Positions 38,040-61,255 of a stretch of DNA of 64,000 nt are shown here, in pieces (the stretch's first letter is position 1; each line of letters begins with the position of its first letter). Location: assembly GCA_040954595.2 (NCBI GenBank), contig CM082592.2, positions 3,860,735 to 3,924,734 on the forward strand. Reading direction: 5' to 3'. Position numbers and translations under genes: made by a program. Origin of the DNA: Balanoglossus misakiensis. Taxonomy: Eukaryota > Animalia > Hemichordata. The notes below the pieces were generated by a model. That model made no database searches, was not told the origin of the DNA, and saw only the letters and a list, made by a program, of their open reading frames with translations.

Positions 38040-39050
38040 GCAAGGAAAGTGACTTTGTGATGGTCGTTGACGATAGCTGTTTACTTCGCTGGCGATAAAT
38101 CGGCCGATAATCTTACAGTCGCAATGCCGTTGAATGTAGGCCTATATAGAGAAGGACTCTCGCTGGGGGAAGCCAAAATATCGATAACAATAAACTAACG
38201 CTGCCGGCGCTACACTCACGAAAATGGTCAGGAATGGGCCACTCCCAGAATTATCCTCCAGCATATCTGACACAATTAGGTGATTGGAACATGTGTCTAC
38301 CAGCATACATGTAATTGCCCACGGAATCTGTCTGATACAACTCTGACACAATTAGACTGAAATATCTGTCTACCAGCAGATGTCCACGGAGAGTAATTTG
38401 CGTCTATCTGAGTAGTCCCCTACCAACTTCATAATGATACGAAGAAAAGATTCTTGTTTTCAAGCGGTGCATGTGCCGGATACGTGAACATTGATAGATA
38501 TTTATTCAAAGCAAGAATTAACATCATAATATGTTTATATTATGTGTTATAATAATACGAGGAATGGCTTCATGCTTTGCATGTACCGGATACACGAATA
38601 TTGGCCATTGATATTTAAATCATTGCCATCAAATTTGATGGAATAATAATCACTGGCAAAGACTTTCTCCAATTATACATTATCTGTACAAAATTGTGGG
38701 GCAATAAACAGAAATTTCGAATACCCCGAACGCTATGAACGTTCTCTGTGAAGTAGCTGACCGATAAAAGGGCGGCGCATTCCAATTTTTTTTCTTTCTT
38801 TATAAAAAAAGTAAAAAACGTCGACACAAATTGAACATGTGTAAACGCCCATAATTATTGCTAACAGACAAATGCACGCGTGAACGTAATGTTGAATAAT
38901 AACAGCTAGCGCTAACTGTTTTACATATACAGTTCTGTTGACAAGATTTCTATACTGTGACGGAACTCCCGGTGGATCTGCACACGTTCTGTCACACACC
39001 GGCGGTCATGTCGATCATGCCTGTATGTATAGTGTGTCATCTACAGAGCA

Positions 39051-42000
39051 TCAGTAATTACTTCTTGTGCTAGTTTGTTCACCAACATTTGGGTGATGAA
39101 ACTCCACGATGTTCTCTTTCTCTAATCTCTCCCAAAGCTGCCATTCGTTTGTGTAGTCGTGGTATGACTCCATTTGGAACAGGTTTTGCCAAGCTTCTTT
39201 GTCGTAGTAATGCAGATATGAGCTGTTTGACACGCCGAAGCCAAACATTTTCGTCTGGTCACACACTTGCAGAGCATACGCTAACATTATACCACCTGAA
39301 AGGAGAGAGAAAATCGTGCGTTCGTTATCAGATATAAATATTTCAACGATGCCACTGAGAATTTCAGTACCGACTCTTGGGGGGGGGGTCCTTGCTTAGC
39401 TTCGTTTTCTCATCTTCACTGTCAGAGATTTTGCGACAAGATCTTGTGCACAAGTACTCATTGGGGACCAAGACGTCGTTTTGACTGCAGTTCATTTACC
39501 TGTAGTGGGATAACGCCCCTTCCCATTCAGGAATCGAGTTTGGAAATGACGCAGAAAAGAAGGGTGTAGAATTCTCATCCGCCGGGGATTAATCCACGAA
39601 TCTTTATGATATCGCCACGATCTGGAAGAAAGAAAGAAAGAAAACGACGTAAGTGGATCTTTGTAGGAAATTTAGTCACTATTAAAACAAGCAAAAAGTC
39701 ACTGCACGTACATGCACACATGAGGAAGTTAGAGTATGCAGCCTTTCTCAACTGTGGCTAGATTTTCGTCTAACCAGAACATAGTTAGAAAAATGAAAAA
39801 AGTAGAGTGATTAGCGTGTTCAAATTGCAACGTGCAGTCACAATCGGGCATCGATAAGGTGTCCATGTATACATATCAGTAAGCTTATTTAGAAGGACAA
39901 ATTAAAGTCGGAAAATAAAATCATGAAAATAATAATGCAAAAAGTGGCAGCTGTAGAGGCTTTATAAGTACACCGCATGTTAGATAAATAGGTCGGACAT
40001 GTAACATTTCTATTCTGGTTGTCTCTCCTGTAAAACCGTTATTAAAGTATCTACCGTATAAAACTGTCTACGTGAGATGCATATACTCACTCCCTTGGAT
40101 CGCTGATCAGGCTTCCGTTTAGGAAGTTTTCCAGCCAAGACACCATGTAATGTGTGAATATTGGAGTAATGAAGTAGACGTCCTGTCAAAATACGGCGAT
40201 TTATTTGGGTGTGTTTTTTGTTTCAATTCAAGGTGAAACCAGTAGGAATTTCAAATGCTGTGTGTTTGCAGTTGACAATAGTGGAGTGATTATCAAAGAA
40301 CGGTCTGCCTCCGCCATTAATTCAGGGGCAAATTATTTCGTTTGATGAAAGACAGTGACTGCATATCTATGTCTGGTGCCGTAATGGATTGGCTGTTGAA
40401 CGGATGACTGAGTGAATGAATGAATGAATGAATGAATGAATGAATGAATGAATGAATGAATGAATGAATGAATGAATGAATGAATGAATGAATGAATGAA
40501 TGAATACCTTCGTGGTAGAATGAACGAACGAACGAGTGAGTGAATAAAATCATTACTTTCAATTTTCTCGATTTTGTTAACACAGAGATTGGTGTCGCTT
40601 TTTTGAATTTCAAATTTGACACAATTTGGCCGGATGGACTGACGGACGAACGAACGCACGGACGAATATATAATGACCACGCACATATTAAATGAAACAA
40701 CTTAAACATCTAAACATCTGGTACTCATTGTCTGTCGATTCTTGCAAAACAGCCAATAGTTCACCTATGTTCACCAAGATCGGCAAACCGCGTGACCATG
40801 CAGCAGACAGTACTTGGCCAGTGACGTGATGAGATCGTACCTGGAGATTGTTCAATTCTCGAACGTATATTGATTCAGGAAACCCGGAATAAAAATGGGT
40901 CTTGCTGCCGACGTCCTTTTCGAAGCCTCGCAACCTGGCAACATTCATCCTAGGGAGAGGGGAGGGAGGGAGGGGAGGGGAGGGGAGGGAGGGGGAGAGA
41001 CATTGAATGGTCAAGCCGGGTAGCTTGGAAACCCATGTTCTGTATGTTTCCTGAAGGTCACCTGTCGGCACCATTAGAAATAACTACAATTTCCAACAAA
41101 ATTACACCACGTTTACTCACACAATTGGGAATTTTGAATGCATCAGGTCTCATAATATTAGGCAATGCACTACTTTTTTAACGGACTATCTTCGAGGAAG
41201 TGAATTACAGGTCTTACAGTGCAATATCGTGAACAAGTGATCTCATTAATTGTTCTCGGCCAACAGAAACGTGGGTTAACTTTACTTCTCAATGCGCAAT
41301 CATATGTCCGTTCATCAACTTGCGTCTAAAGGTCTTCATTTTTTAACGAATTTCCAAAAAAGCCGCATACACACAGAGTGACGCACAAAGATCGCAACAA
41401 AGGCAAAAAATACAGCATTCAAATTTACCTAAATACGAAATCGAATGAGTCGATTTCTGCACCAGCATTGGCACCTTTCAACAATCCACTCGTACCGACC
41501 ACGGCGCATGTTACGCACTGGTCAGGCGATTTCTTCATAGGAATAGGGGCAGTGGAGTAGTTACCGTTGTTAACTAGACGGACCAGTCCTTGGAAATGAA
41601 GATCGGCGTGCTCATTTTAGAAATCTAATAAAGCAGTTCCTTCATCAGTCAATTTGACCATGAACAAACAGACTGGCATGATAAGAGAATGCTCAGTAGA
41701 CTTTTGTATTGTTGGGTAATACACGCATCTCATCTGATGATCTCACGGTCTCATGACACATAAGCTTATAGCGACGGCGATTTTCCGAATCATACCGAAT
41801 GGATTCTTATCAAAATACGTAGGTTCCTAGAAATCAAGTCCCTAATCTCATTTGGCAGTTATAGTTTTTCACGTTTTCAGTGAATACGGTTAGTTTAAAA
41901 GATTCGGTGCAATATGGCAACAAATACGTTGTGGTTGGATGTTGGGAACTTGTTTAATTTATGCAAGCCAGAAATCCCGGCTGTTGTACCCCTGCATTTG

Positions 42001-43241
42001 ATTTGATAAGCATTCGTGTGTAGGGTTGGGGTGAGGGGCGTTGACTCGGAGAAATTCGCAAGGGACCGTTCAGTATTTACGACCTGGGGGCGGCAAAATC
42101 CAAGGGGGTGGCACTTCAATTTTGAAATCCATAAAAGGGGGGTTCATCTTTTTTTGGTGCTGGGTGAAGGGGGTTCTGCCTGATTTTGAAAACAAATGAC
42201 ACAAACTTGCCGACCCCCCCCCAGCCGTAAAAACTGGACGGTCCCTGAACTAACCCACCTCGTCTGTTCACATATCTGAATCCAAGTGGCAGCGTGGACC
42301 CGACCAGCGCAGAATAACGTTCCCAACTATTGACATCTTCTTTATCAAGGAACCTTTTCAGGCGGGGATTAAATCGCTCGTTGAACCATTCCGACTGTCC
42401 TGGTACGTTACGTATACTGCTGGAGCATGTCTACAAACACATAACGTCACATGCATATCATGGTTATTTTGGTGCAAAGGTATGTCACAAAACATGGCCG
42501 CAGCAAGCTTTTGAAACTTGGGGACTTCAACGGTGCACAGAAAAACTGCATACAATTTCTACCAGTGAATGAGAACATGTACTTTGGTGCTTGTACCATA
42601 TGACGATAAAGTCTGTTTCGTGGAGTGAACATTTTAGGTTGATCTTTTCTTAGCTTTGACTGAAAGATTCAGTCGTGTGCGGGCGCTCCGACGTGCCTAT
42701 GACCCTTTACTCAGCTGTACTAGAAATATGTGAATAACACGGACAAATTGATGAAAACCGAGGCGACTTACTGTTTTGTAGCGGGTGTTTTGTAATGCTG
42801 GCGTACTGGAATTCAGGTTATCAAAGTTCGGCAGATGTATTTCAGTCAAGTCCAGAGGGCCGTCTATACGGAGGGCCTTTCGGAGTTTTGACTCGTCTTC
42901 CATCAGCTGGTTCATCGAGAGCTGTGACGTCATGGACGGATACGGCGTCGCGTACACTTGACTCCCACCAAATGCAAGTCTTTAATAAAACAAATGGATG
43001 ACGTGTAAATAATATAAAACTAGCCAACATTATGAATAATAACGAGAAATACCAGTGGTGTATGCAACCTTTCACTTGATGAAATATTCCCTCTTTCAGG
43101 TGTAAAAAATTGTTCTACATCTCACCTGCGTAACTCGAGGAGTATTCCGGTAGTACCGAAGATGTTTACTCTGAAGAGACATATCGTTATGCTGACGAAC
43201 CCAAGAATAAGGACGTAGACAAAACACTTCAGCACTTTCAT
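39051..43241 (-). CDS. ST6GALNAC: GT29 sialyltransferase, ST6GalNAc I/II-like, ~428 aa, type II membrane protein
   Basis: Exons 43241-43126 (MKVLKCFVYVLILGFVSITICLFRV TM), 42979-42772, 42659-42597, 42430-42259, 41588-41429, 40949-40841, 40182-40091, 39621-39500, 39295-39051. Sialylmotif L CVTCAVVGTSGLL...EIDSFDFVFRMN...GFEKDVGSKT; S PTTGGIMLAYALQVCD...FGF; III HYYD; VS HDYTNEWQLWERL. ILHPSFLR and LPLGF favour the ST6GalNAc I/II type. Confidence 0.88.
40410..40505. repeat. (TGAA)n microsatellite (intronic)
   Basis: Direct run. Confidence 0.95.
42061..42246. mobile_element. Intronic MITE with terminal inverted repeats
   Basis: AGGGACCGTTCAGTATTTACGACCTGGGGG ... CCCCCAGCCGTAAAAACTGGACGGTCCCT. 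Confidence 0.65.
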
Positions 43242-44604
43242 CACGTGACACCTTTAGACAACACTGCAATTAAACAGAATAGATCATTGCTTGCCTTCAC
43301 CCAAACTCCAGACAAACTAGAGACTGGTTACACTGTCTAATATGCTGTATGTTATACAGCACATAGCAAAGCCACGGGACTGAGTGACTGATAAGCAATC
43401 GGAAATAACTTAATTACCATGTTTATTCGTAAAATAAAACATGACCACTTGTCCACGTCAGCGTACACAATACCTTGGTTTGCGGAGTGGTTGTAGACAC
43501 GCAAACAGCAGTGAGTGGGGATGGCAATGAATTTATCAGACATATTTGGGTTGTGTGGTTTTAAATACAGTTTTAAATACAGTTCACCGTATACATGTTA
43601 TGGTGTCAGGAGTAGGTCAATCGAGCAACAGAACGTCATCCGTCACGGTGACGTCACCAATCTGACCAACAAGTTTCGGATCATTTATCGTGATCAGTTT
43701 AAATAACACAAAAGAGCGCTCACAAAAATGGCAGTGAATTTAAATAGGCGATGGTCGCGACCCGGTGACGTGAAAGCAAAATCCGCTCAATTTTAGAGGT
43801 ATGAAAGAAAATGGCATTTTGGTCGCATTTTAAAATAGAGAAGGCATTATTTGTGATGCTACTATAAGACTTACCATACACCGATGAAAAGCAACTGGCA
43901 AAGATAAACGTAGACTTTGCCTGATAGATATTTTTCCCGAGAAGGAAAAAAGCGGGTTGCGTTGAAGCAGACACAGAAGACTAAATGGCGCTCAAATTCT
44001 TGACGCTTGTCAGGATGGGTATGGAGTGCCACGCTAATACGTGGCACGTTTCGAAGTCTCACGTGACAAAATAACTTGAATAGTAGTGATTTATTTTCCG
44101 TCCAGTGTAGTTTGTGTATACAAAGGTACTGCGCACGTATTCGGTCCGGTCCATAAATGCGTGGCAAGGGCCAGCAAAAAAAATACACTTCACTGGACCA
44201 ATCGTATAATATACGAAAGGCTGTTCCACATACAGGTTCTATCCAAAAGGGTCCCGCAAGTTTTGTGACCTTTCAACTACGAGGGCGCTGTATGCGCCTA
44301 GTAGAAATTTAACCGAAAATGAGATAAGGCCCTCCCCGTCACCACCGTGGTTACACGAGCAATTATTCCGAGTTTGCGACACTTTAAAGGGCTACGTCAC
44401 CCAGCTGAGCGGACAACTTTACCCTTGGGCCGGCATAACGCGACATAAATGCGCTACGCTTCCGCATAGCAACTTTGGACACGGGTATAAGCTAGCTAGG
44501 CCTACGCAGATCTGGGCGTTGTATCTAGCGGCGAATTTTGTGTCCCGACCTTGAGTGTCAACCTGAGTGGACAGAAGTGAGCGAAATCCCAACCAGCACA
44601 CCAA

Positions 44605-53570
<8,966 letters not shown>

Positions 53571-55630
53571 CACACATTTTTGCCGTCTGCGACACATCTA
53601 TAGGGCTGAAAGAGACGATTCTGTACAGAAAAGAGGCAGTTGAACTTTTCGACTTTTCCCTGCAATTATGCACTTTAAGAGGGCGAGTATAATATTGAGT
53701 TTTCAACACAGCATTTATCATACCTCTTCAGCAGGTGGACATATAGGCTACCCGATGCATTTTATACAAGCTCAAATACTATCAGGACGGCCTGACGAAA
53801 GTAAACGGCATATCGCAGACACGGTCGTTTATGAAAGAAATTGAAGTCACATATTTTTCAATGCATACAGGTAAAATCATTTACTGGTACATTCATCATT
53901 CATTCAAGTTTCATACAACGCGCGCAACCACGCACACACACCAAAAGTGAGAGTGCTGCCACGCGTTATAGAGCGTGCTCACTAAATTAAGCAATATGTT
54001 CCATGTATTTAGTACAAGAAATATTAGGTGGAAACCACGATTATAAACCTGGTTGTATATATTCTTATGTCTTCCCTACTATGCGAATATAGCTAGAGTA
54101 TTTAGACCTTCCGATGCAGTGAGACCACCAAGTCACCAAGAGTTTGAATCGGCAGAAAATGTGTTCAAAGTTATCATTGATTATAATTTGATTCCAGCAG
54201 GCAGCTATAAACTTCATGGTATGATAAATATGGTCACGTAGAAAGGGGTTATGACGGTGTGTGAATTGTCATTTAAACCATTTAAACTTACATGTATATC
54301 AGAAGCATGCTATTATGAAATTTCCATTTTATGACTGACAAAGTAGCCCAAGGTAGTTTAATGTCCATTTTGATGCATAGGGTGATCGTATGACCAAGTA
54401 TTAAAATAGAGAAAAAAAAATAGTTTGATATCGTCAGTATTCCATCCAGGACAAATCCCACATTTTATTTTTTTAAACAGAATGATCTCTCACCGTTGAC
54501 AAAAAGGCTGTTCACGTCTGCGTTCTGAGGTTCGTGGGCACCTCTCAAAAAGCAATATTCATTTTTCAAGGTGATTTTCTCAATTTCGATGCGAGATCCA
54601 CTCTCGCCATGGTCACACTTATTTTGATGGTCGCAACTCTTGTTTACACATCCTCAGAGGTCAGAGCTTTAATGCGCAAATCATGAACTTTCATTCATTC
54701 ATGGATAGGGATTTGATCTATAAACACAAACTGTTTTTCTTGAAATCGGGGGACAATTTACTCGACAGTGGCAGAGCAATCGGAGGCAGAAATTCGTGAA
54801 TAATGAAATTTTTAGACAGTTGATTTTATTGATATTTCAGTCAATGAAATGACAATGGTGCTTCATATTTTTTCACCAATTTCGTCAGCGTCACGGACAC
54901 AGCAATCGAGTGAAAAGACACATTTACTCCTTAAGATGTCATATTTACTTATTTACTTTCTAAACCAGACTTTCTTAATTTTGAACAATCATTGCATTAA
55001 TTTTTGTATGTGCTTTTCCATCTTGGGGAAATTCTCGAATTAAATCGGAACATTAAAACTTCCCTATACATGTAATGGCGTGATGTCATTGTTGATGCGT
55101 TGAAGATATATACTCGTGTGCAATTAGCCTTGAAATTCCAGAGTTTTAGTACTAAACTTGGTGAAACATTCTAAAGATATCCGACTGTAGTATGAGACAA
55201 TGACCAGTTTTGTGTCCATAAATAACTGTACATTTGCATATTAAAATAGTATGCGATAAATGCACAGTTACCAAAACAAACTTTTTAGAAATTTGCCAGA
55301 GATACTGATTTCATAAGATAGCTCTATACACAATAGATACCAGTTGCATTGAAAGACAGTTTTGAATAATAACAGTTTATTACCAATTTGTACATTTTTG
55401 GTCTTTATTAAAACCGTACACATGAGCATATTCAGTACATGTCTGGTTCTGGTTGAATCGTTAGTGGTTTCTGGTAGATTTTGGTAAATGATCATACAAA
55501 TATTTCGGTGAACATAAAAAGTACATGTAATTTGTTGGCTGGTGGTTGTAATCTCCATGGCGATAGACACTGGCACAGGATTTATTCACTCTGTCTGTCT
55601 CACTATTAAGTCACAAACAGCAGGTTTGTG

Positions 55631-58274
55631 TCATGCTATGGTTGCTGGGGACATCATTTCTACAGTTTCGCCGTCTTCTCTGTCGACCTGACCGCTGTCC
55701 AGATCATCGGCCTTTTCCCCGTGGCAGGACGCCAGGATCTGCATCGTTACATAGACCACCACCGTGGCGACTGACAGTGCCAGCGTGACGTACATCAACA
55801 TCATGAAGCTGTACGCCGCAAAGAGATAGCCCAGGACCCACGGCAGGAACATCTCGGAAGTGGACGCCGCCACGCAGAAGACCGCCGTCGACTTGCCGGT
55901 CAGCCGGATGTACCGCTCGGTCCAGGCGATGGCCGAGGGGAAAACGGTCGCCATGGACACCCCGAGGAGGATGGAGGCGCCCCAGAGGACGGCGGCGACC
56001 GTGTCGCCGAAGACGGCCAACAGCGTGCTGGCGGTGCACATCCCGATCAAGTCCAGCACAAGCATGGAGCGCGGCGAGAGCAGCATGGCACAGCAGATTC
56101 CCAGGGCTCGCGCGAAGGCGAAGCTGCCCCAGAACACAGCGTTGAGGTAGCTGGCAGTCTGCACGGTGAAGCCCAGGTCGGATTTGATCGCAAAGGTATA
56201 AATAAATCCACCATACACCGTTTCGTGGCCGACGTACGCGAAAATAAAGAAATATAGGAACAGCAGAAGCGTTATTTTGAACTTGAGATCCTCCCTGACC
56301 CCATCAGACTCGGCTTCCTGCTCGCTTCTCGTCTTCTTGGGAATCATCACGCGACGGGAGCCCTTCAGGTACAGCCAGACAAAGGGAAGGCCGAAAAGAA
56401 AGTTGTAAAGTGCTATGATGACATACGGTATCCAAAGCCGGCCATATCCAGTTTCTGCGAGCTCATCTGTCTCGTCAGACGAACTATTGAAGGTTTCATC
56501 GGAGTTGTGAGCTGATTGTGAGACATTCTTATCTTGAAGTGGGGACTTCGCGGTCGGAGAAGACGGCGCCGAACTCTGCATGTAAACTTCACTTCCATCC
56601 GTGGTGTTGACGACAGTCAGGACGCTCGTTTCCCTGGCGACGTCGCCACTATCATCCAGGCCTCTCTTCATCATTCTCCCCAGCAGCATTTCGAATTCCA
56701 ACAGCTCCGCGTGTCTCCTCGACACCGACTGTTTGCCATCCGGGATCCCGGGCACTTCCGGCAGCGGCGCCGTTCCGTTGTAGTACGCAATGCCCGTGAA
56801 AGTGTTCTCACTGTAGAAACCTAGCGCAGTGGTGTATTCAGTCACGGGGTTGGCTGTGGCATTGACGACAGCAGGGTCGGTGAGGAACGGTCCGGCGATC
56901 AGCGGTGCAATGGTGGCCCCAAAGGCAAAGGAGAAATGCAGAGCTTGCATCCAAGGTCCGTTGTCTTTACCCCATATGAAGACAATCATCACATTGCCTC
57001 CTGAAATAAAAAAGAGGACTAATAAGACGGCTGCAAGAGATCCCCAACCATTTCAGCCTTATTTCCCTTGGAATACTAAATGCAGAAGGGTGCAGTAGAG
57101 TTATCACCTGAGTATACCTACTGTCTGTACACACACACCACAAAAGTGGGCGTGCTGCCCCATTATACACTGCAGCTGGATTGCGCTCACAAAAATAAGC
57201 AATTCTACATAAGCTCTCTCCCCAGGGCAGTTATAGAGTAGGGGCCCCTATCCTTTAATTTTTGGAAAACAATAGAAGTTTATTAAAATAAAAATAACTC
57301 ATATTGTTATGAAAATTAACAGATTTGCTATCACAAAAAACTTGGGGGGACACACTGCTTATCCAGTACCTGTGTGTCACACAAAAAGGACGAAGGCCTG
57401 GGACGGAGATGGCTTATATCACTCACCCGTATCCATAAAGCCAGTGCAGAAACCCCACAACGAGATGACCACGATGAGCAGCCACAGGGTGTCACACCAG
57501 GGCACAAAGAAACCCGTGAGGCTGGAGCCAAACAAGGTGGCCGCCATGAGCAGCTGGTTCTCGAACTTGTCAAAGCAGACGCCGCCCACCATGGAGCCGA
57601 TGACGTAGCCGACGCTGCGCGCGGTGAACACCAGGGTCACCTGCTGGAGGGTGGCGCCCACCTGGAATTTCAGATCCAGCAGACTTGGGCCGATCACAGC
57701 AAGGCACAGACCCTGTATCAGAACGTTTGACAAACATAAATGAAGAAGCAGAGTTTGTCCGATCTTCTATGAATGAACACGTACGTTTGCCATGCAGGTG
57801 TCATGACCTATTTTTGTGATGAAACTATATGCTCTTTGACCTTGAAGCACATTTACTCCATCTCGAGGCAAGTTTGTCGATGTCATGGACTCGTGGCCCT
57901 TTATTTTGTGACGTCGACAAGTAATATTCTTTGTGATAAATGTATTTTTATTTGTAACCATGCACTTGACCTCGTCTTTACTAATACCGTACCATGTAAT
58001 TAAAAGACGTCGCCGTACCTGACATCTGATTTTAATCAGATTGCATGATTGTGTATACACTTACCAAACCAAAGAAGGAAAAATAGAGCGCCACACTCTT
58101 GAAGACTTTGTTGTAGAAATTTCCATTATCTTCTTCATTGCGATCCATTTTCTTTTCTTCATTGGGGGTTTGGGTTAGTAGACCAACTTCAGCTGGCGCT
58201 ACAGGCTTGAATTCTAAATTCTTATTCATTTCACACTTCACCAATCCATTAAGCTCTATAGCATTGGCATTCAT
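55631..58274 (-). CDS. MFSD4: Major facilitator superfamily transporter, MFSD4 / sodium-dependent glucose transporter-like, ~621 aa
   Basis: Exons 58274-58065, 57712-57427, 57000-55631. Motifs FFGLGLCLAVIGPSLLDL, GYVIGSMVGGVCFDK, GFMDTGGNV, PWMQALHFSFAFGATIAPLIA, YVGHETVYGGFIYTFA, FWGSFAFAR, SMATVFPS; about 12 TM segments. Confidence 0.88.
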
Positions 58275-60103
58275 TCTGGATAAAATATATAAAATTAGGT
58301 CCCAATTTGAGCTTGTCATTTCAAGGTATACATGGTTGCATGCACCCATGAAATGATGCAAATGTAACTGCTGTTACCTTGGAAAATCTAAAATTACTAA
58401 ACCATTCACAGATTGTCAGTGGCACACATATGAAAAAAAAGTACATGTATATGCCACCAATTCTAAGACATGTACACACAGCCAATTGACTATTTATAAT
58501 TCGCATACATGAAATAGAGGTGCATGAACGTATGTAAACCTTTGACCGGAGATGACACCCCCCCCCCCTTTCCTTCCAACCATGGAAATACCCCGGATGA
58601 ACCCATTCTCGCCAGCCAGAGTCTGCAACTCTCTGGAGCTGTTGCTGCAAAGAGGTCGTGGTTTACGACGATGGAACGAACCATACAGCCGCACACAAAG
58701 GAGAGATTCAGTACCACTGCAGTGTTGCATTGCACTCGTAACTAACCAGCTCAGCTAGCTGGTTGCACTATAGAGTCTGAAAACAACACTTTTGCTTCGT
58801 CATCGCGTCATGCAGCAGCGCACAGCAACAACTTTGTGGCGGTTCTCGATCGCTTACGCAGTACATGTACATGTCGCTGTAGACGCGTTACTTTGGAGTT
58901 TGAACTTGAACGTGTCCCGATGCACGTGTCCTCCTAAATTCATACACCGTCATCATAAACCGTCCGTGTCGTGACGGTCGTCCATTCTCACCACAATATT
59001 GCATATACCATACCTCTCAATCTCATTAAACACGACACGATTTTCTTGTTTCACCCAAGCTGGTGTCACCGTGGTGCAATCGGGCAGATCTCGAAATTCG
59101 ACCTTCGTAGACGTGTCGATAAGCCCGATGACGGACGTACAAGCAGCTCTGATTTTCTGGCTCTACGCGTCGTCGTTGTCAGGTGCGTTTCAGCTGACGA
59201 CAAAAATCTAACTTTTCATTTCCGGGTTAAACAAATTAGTCACGACCTGACTCGTCATGATCACGAGCGGGCGGACAAGGGAGACATGAATTGGGAGCAA
59301 TCTCCACACAGAATTCTCATTGATGGGGTACTGATGGGGTCTGGAAGATCGACGATTTTCCCAACATTTGCAGTTGGGAAATTCTGAGCCTGGGCATGGG
59401 AAGGTGTCACAGGCGATCGCCTGTATAAAAACAACTCACACGCGACTGTGTACTGCGCCCCCAAGCGACTGTGCAAAAATGCGGACAGCAGGGATGAAAT
59501 CAAAATTACCACCATTAAGGGCGCTATTTTGAACCCCTCTCAAAAATGTGACATAAAAGCGTCAATTGGGACTGTGGGGGGGGGGGGAATGTGCACATAC
59601 CTGTACATCATCACGGAAAAATCAAGATAAGCTTGTATCATCATAATCACCACAAACGTTCCAGAAGCATATTCGTTGATGTAGAACAATTTGCAATAAC
59701 TGTGCTGCGTGAATCCGCCATGACCATTGTTACTTATGCAAATTACGTCATATCAAACAGACAGAAGGAACTAAATTCGTGATTATTCACCTTGAATTTA
59801 GCTATCTTCGAATTTCCGAGTCTCATTTTTTGTTATCAGTTATTTTACACGATCACACATTTACTACTAGCAATCTGCTATCAACAGTCGCCAGCCAAGA
59901 CTTCTAGAAACACCTTTGGGGGTGTTACAAAATGGCAGAGACCTGGGGGATATTACATGTAAGTAGCGTTCAAATCGTGTTTTCGAATATCGACTATGGT
60001 GGAAAGTGTCGGCCGAACACGTGGTTAGTCGAACATGTTTATTCATAATAGAAAAAAAAAGAAAAATTGTCGTTACGGTAGTTCTCTTTTTGGAGGATGT
60101 GGT

Positions 60104-60119
60104 GGCCCTGAAAAGGGCC
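60104..60119 (-). terminator. Histone 3' stem-loop of H2A
   Basis: AAAC-GGCCCTTTTCAGGGCC-ACCA followed by purine-rich AAAAAGAGA (histone downstream element). Confidence 0.95.
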
Positions 60120-60148
60120 GTTTTGTATATGTATGCTGGGCATACGAA

Positions 60149-60844
<696 letters not shown>

Positions 60845-61210
60845 ATGCCGAAATCAAGCGGTAAAGCAGCTAAAAAGGCCGGTCAGCCAAAAGCCACACG
60901 TACAGGGGACAAAAAGAGAAAGAGACGCAGGAAGGAAAGTTATGGTATCTACATCTACAAGGTCCTGAAACAGGTCCACCCCGACACTGGCGTCTCCTCC
61001 AAAGCCATGTCCATCATGAACAGCTTCGTCAACGACATCTTCGAGCGTATCGCCGCTGAAGCCTCCCGCTTGGCCCAATACAACAAGCGTTCCACCATCA
61101 CCAGCAGAGAAATCCAGACCGGTGTCCGTCTCCTGCTGCCCGGTGAACTTGCCAAGCACGCCGTCAGTGAGGGCACCAAAGCCGTCACTAAATACACCAG
61201 TTCCAAGTAA
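60845..61210 (+). CDS. H2B: Histone H2B (replication-dependent), 121 aa
   Basis: [11 protein letters not shown]...[42 protein letters not shown]...[25 protein letters not shown]; ATG at 60845. Confidence 0.99.
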   Translation: MPKSSGKAAKKAGQPKATRTGDKKRKRRRKESYGIYIYKVLKQVHPDTGVSSKAMSIMNSFVNDIFERIAAEASRLAQYNKRSTITSREIQTGVRLLLPGELAKHAVSEGTKAVTKYTSSK

Positions 61211-61239
61211 ATCGTATGCTCAGCATACACATACAAAAC

Positions 61240-61255
61240 GGCCCTTTTCAGGGCC
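61240..61255 (+). terminator. Histone 3' stem-loop of H2B
   Basis: GGCCCTTTTCAGGGCC followed by ACCA and AAAAAGAGA. Confidence 0.95.

Noticed and set aside
41589-41625. Apparent in-frame TAA in sialyltransferase exon 5 if the TAG acceptor at ~41626 is used
   Set aside because: A downstream AAG acceptor at 41589 with a pyrimidine tract keeps the frame and gives spacing consistent with ST6GalNAc I/II, so a pseudogene call is not warranted
58971-59387. 138-aa ORF upstream of the MFSD4-like gene
   Set aside because: Non-ATG start, no recognisable motifs or splice structure
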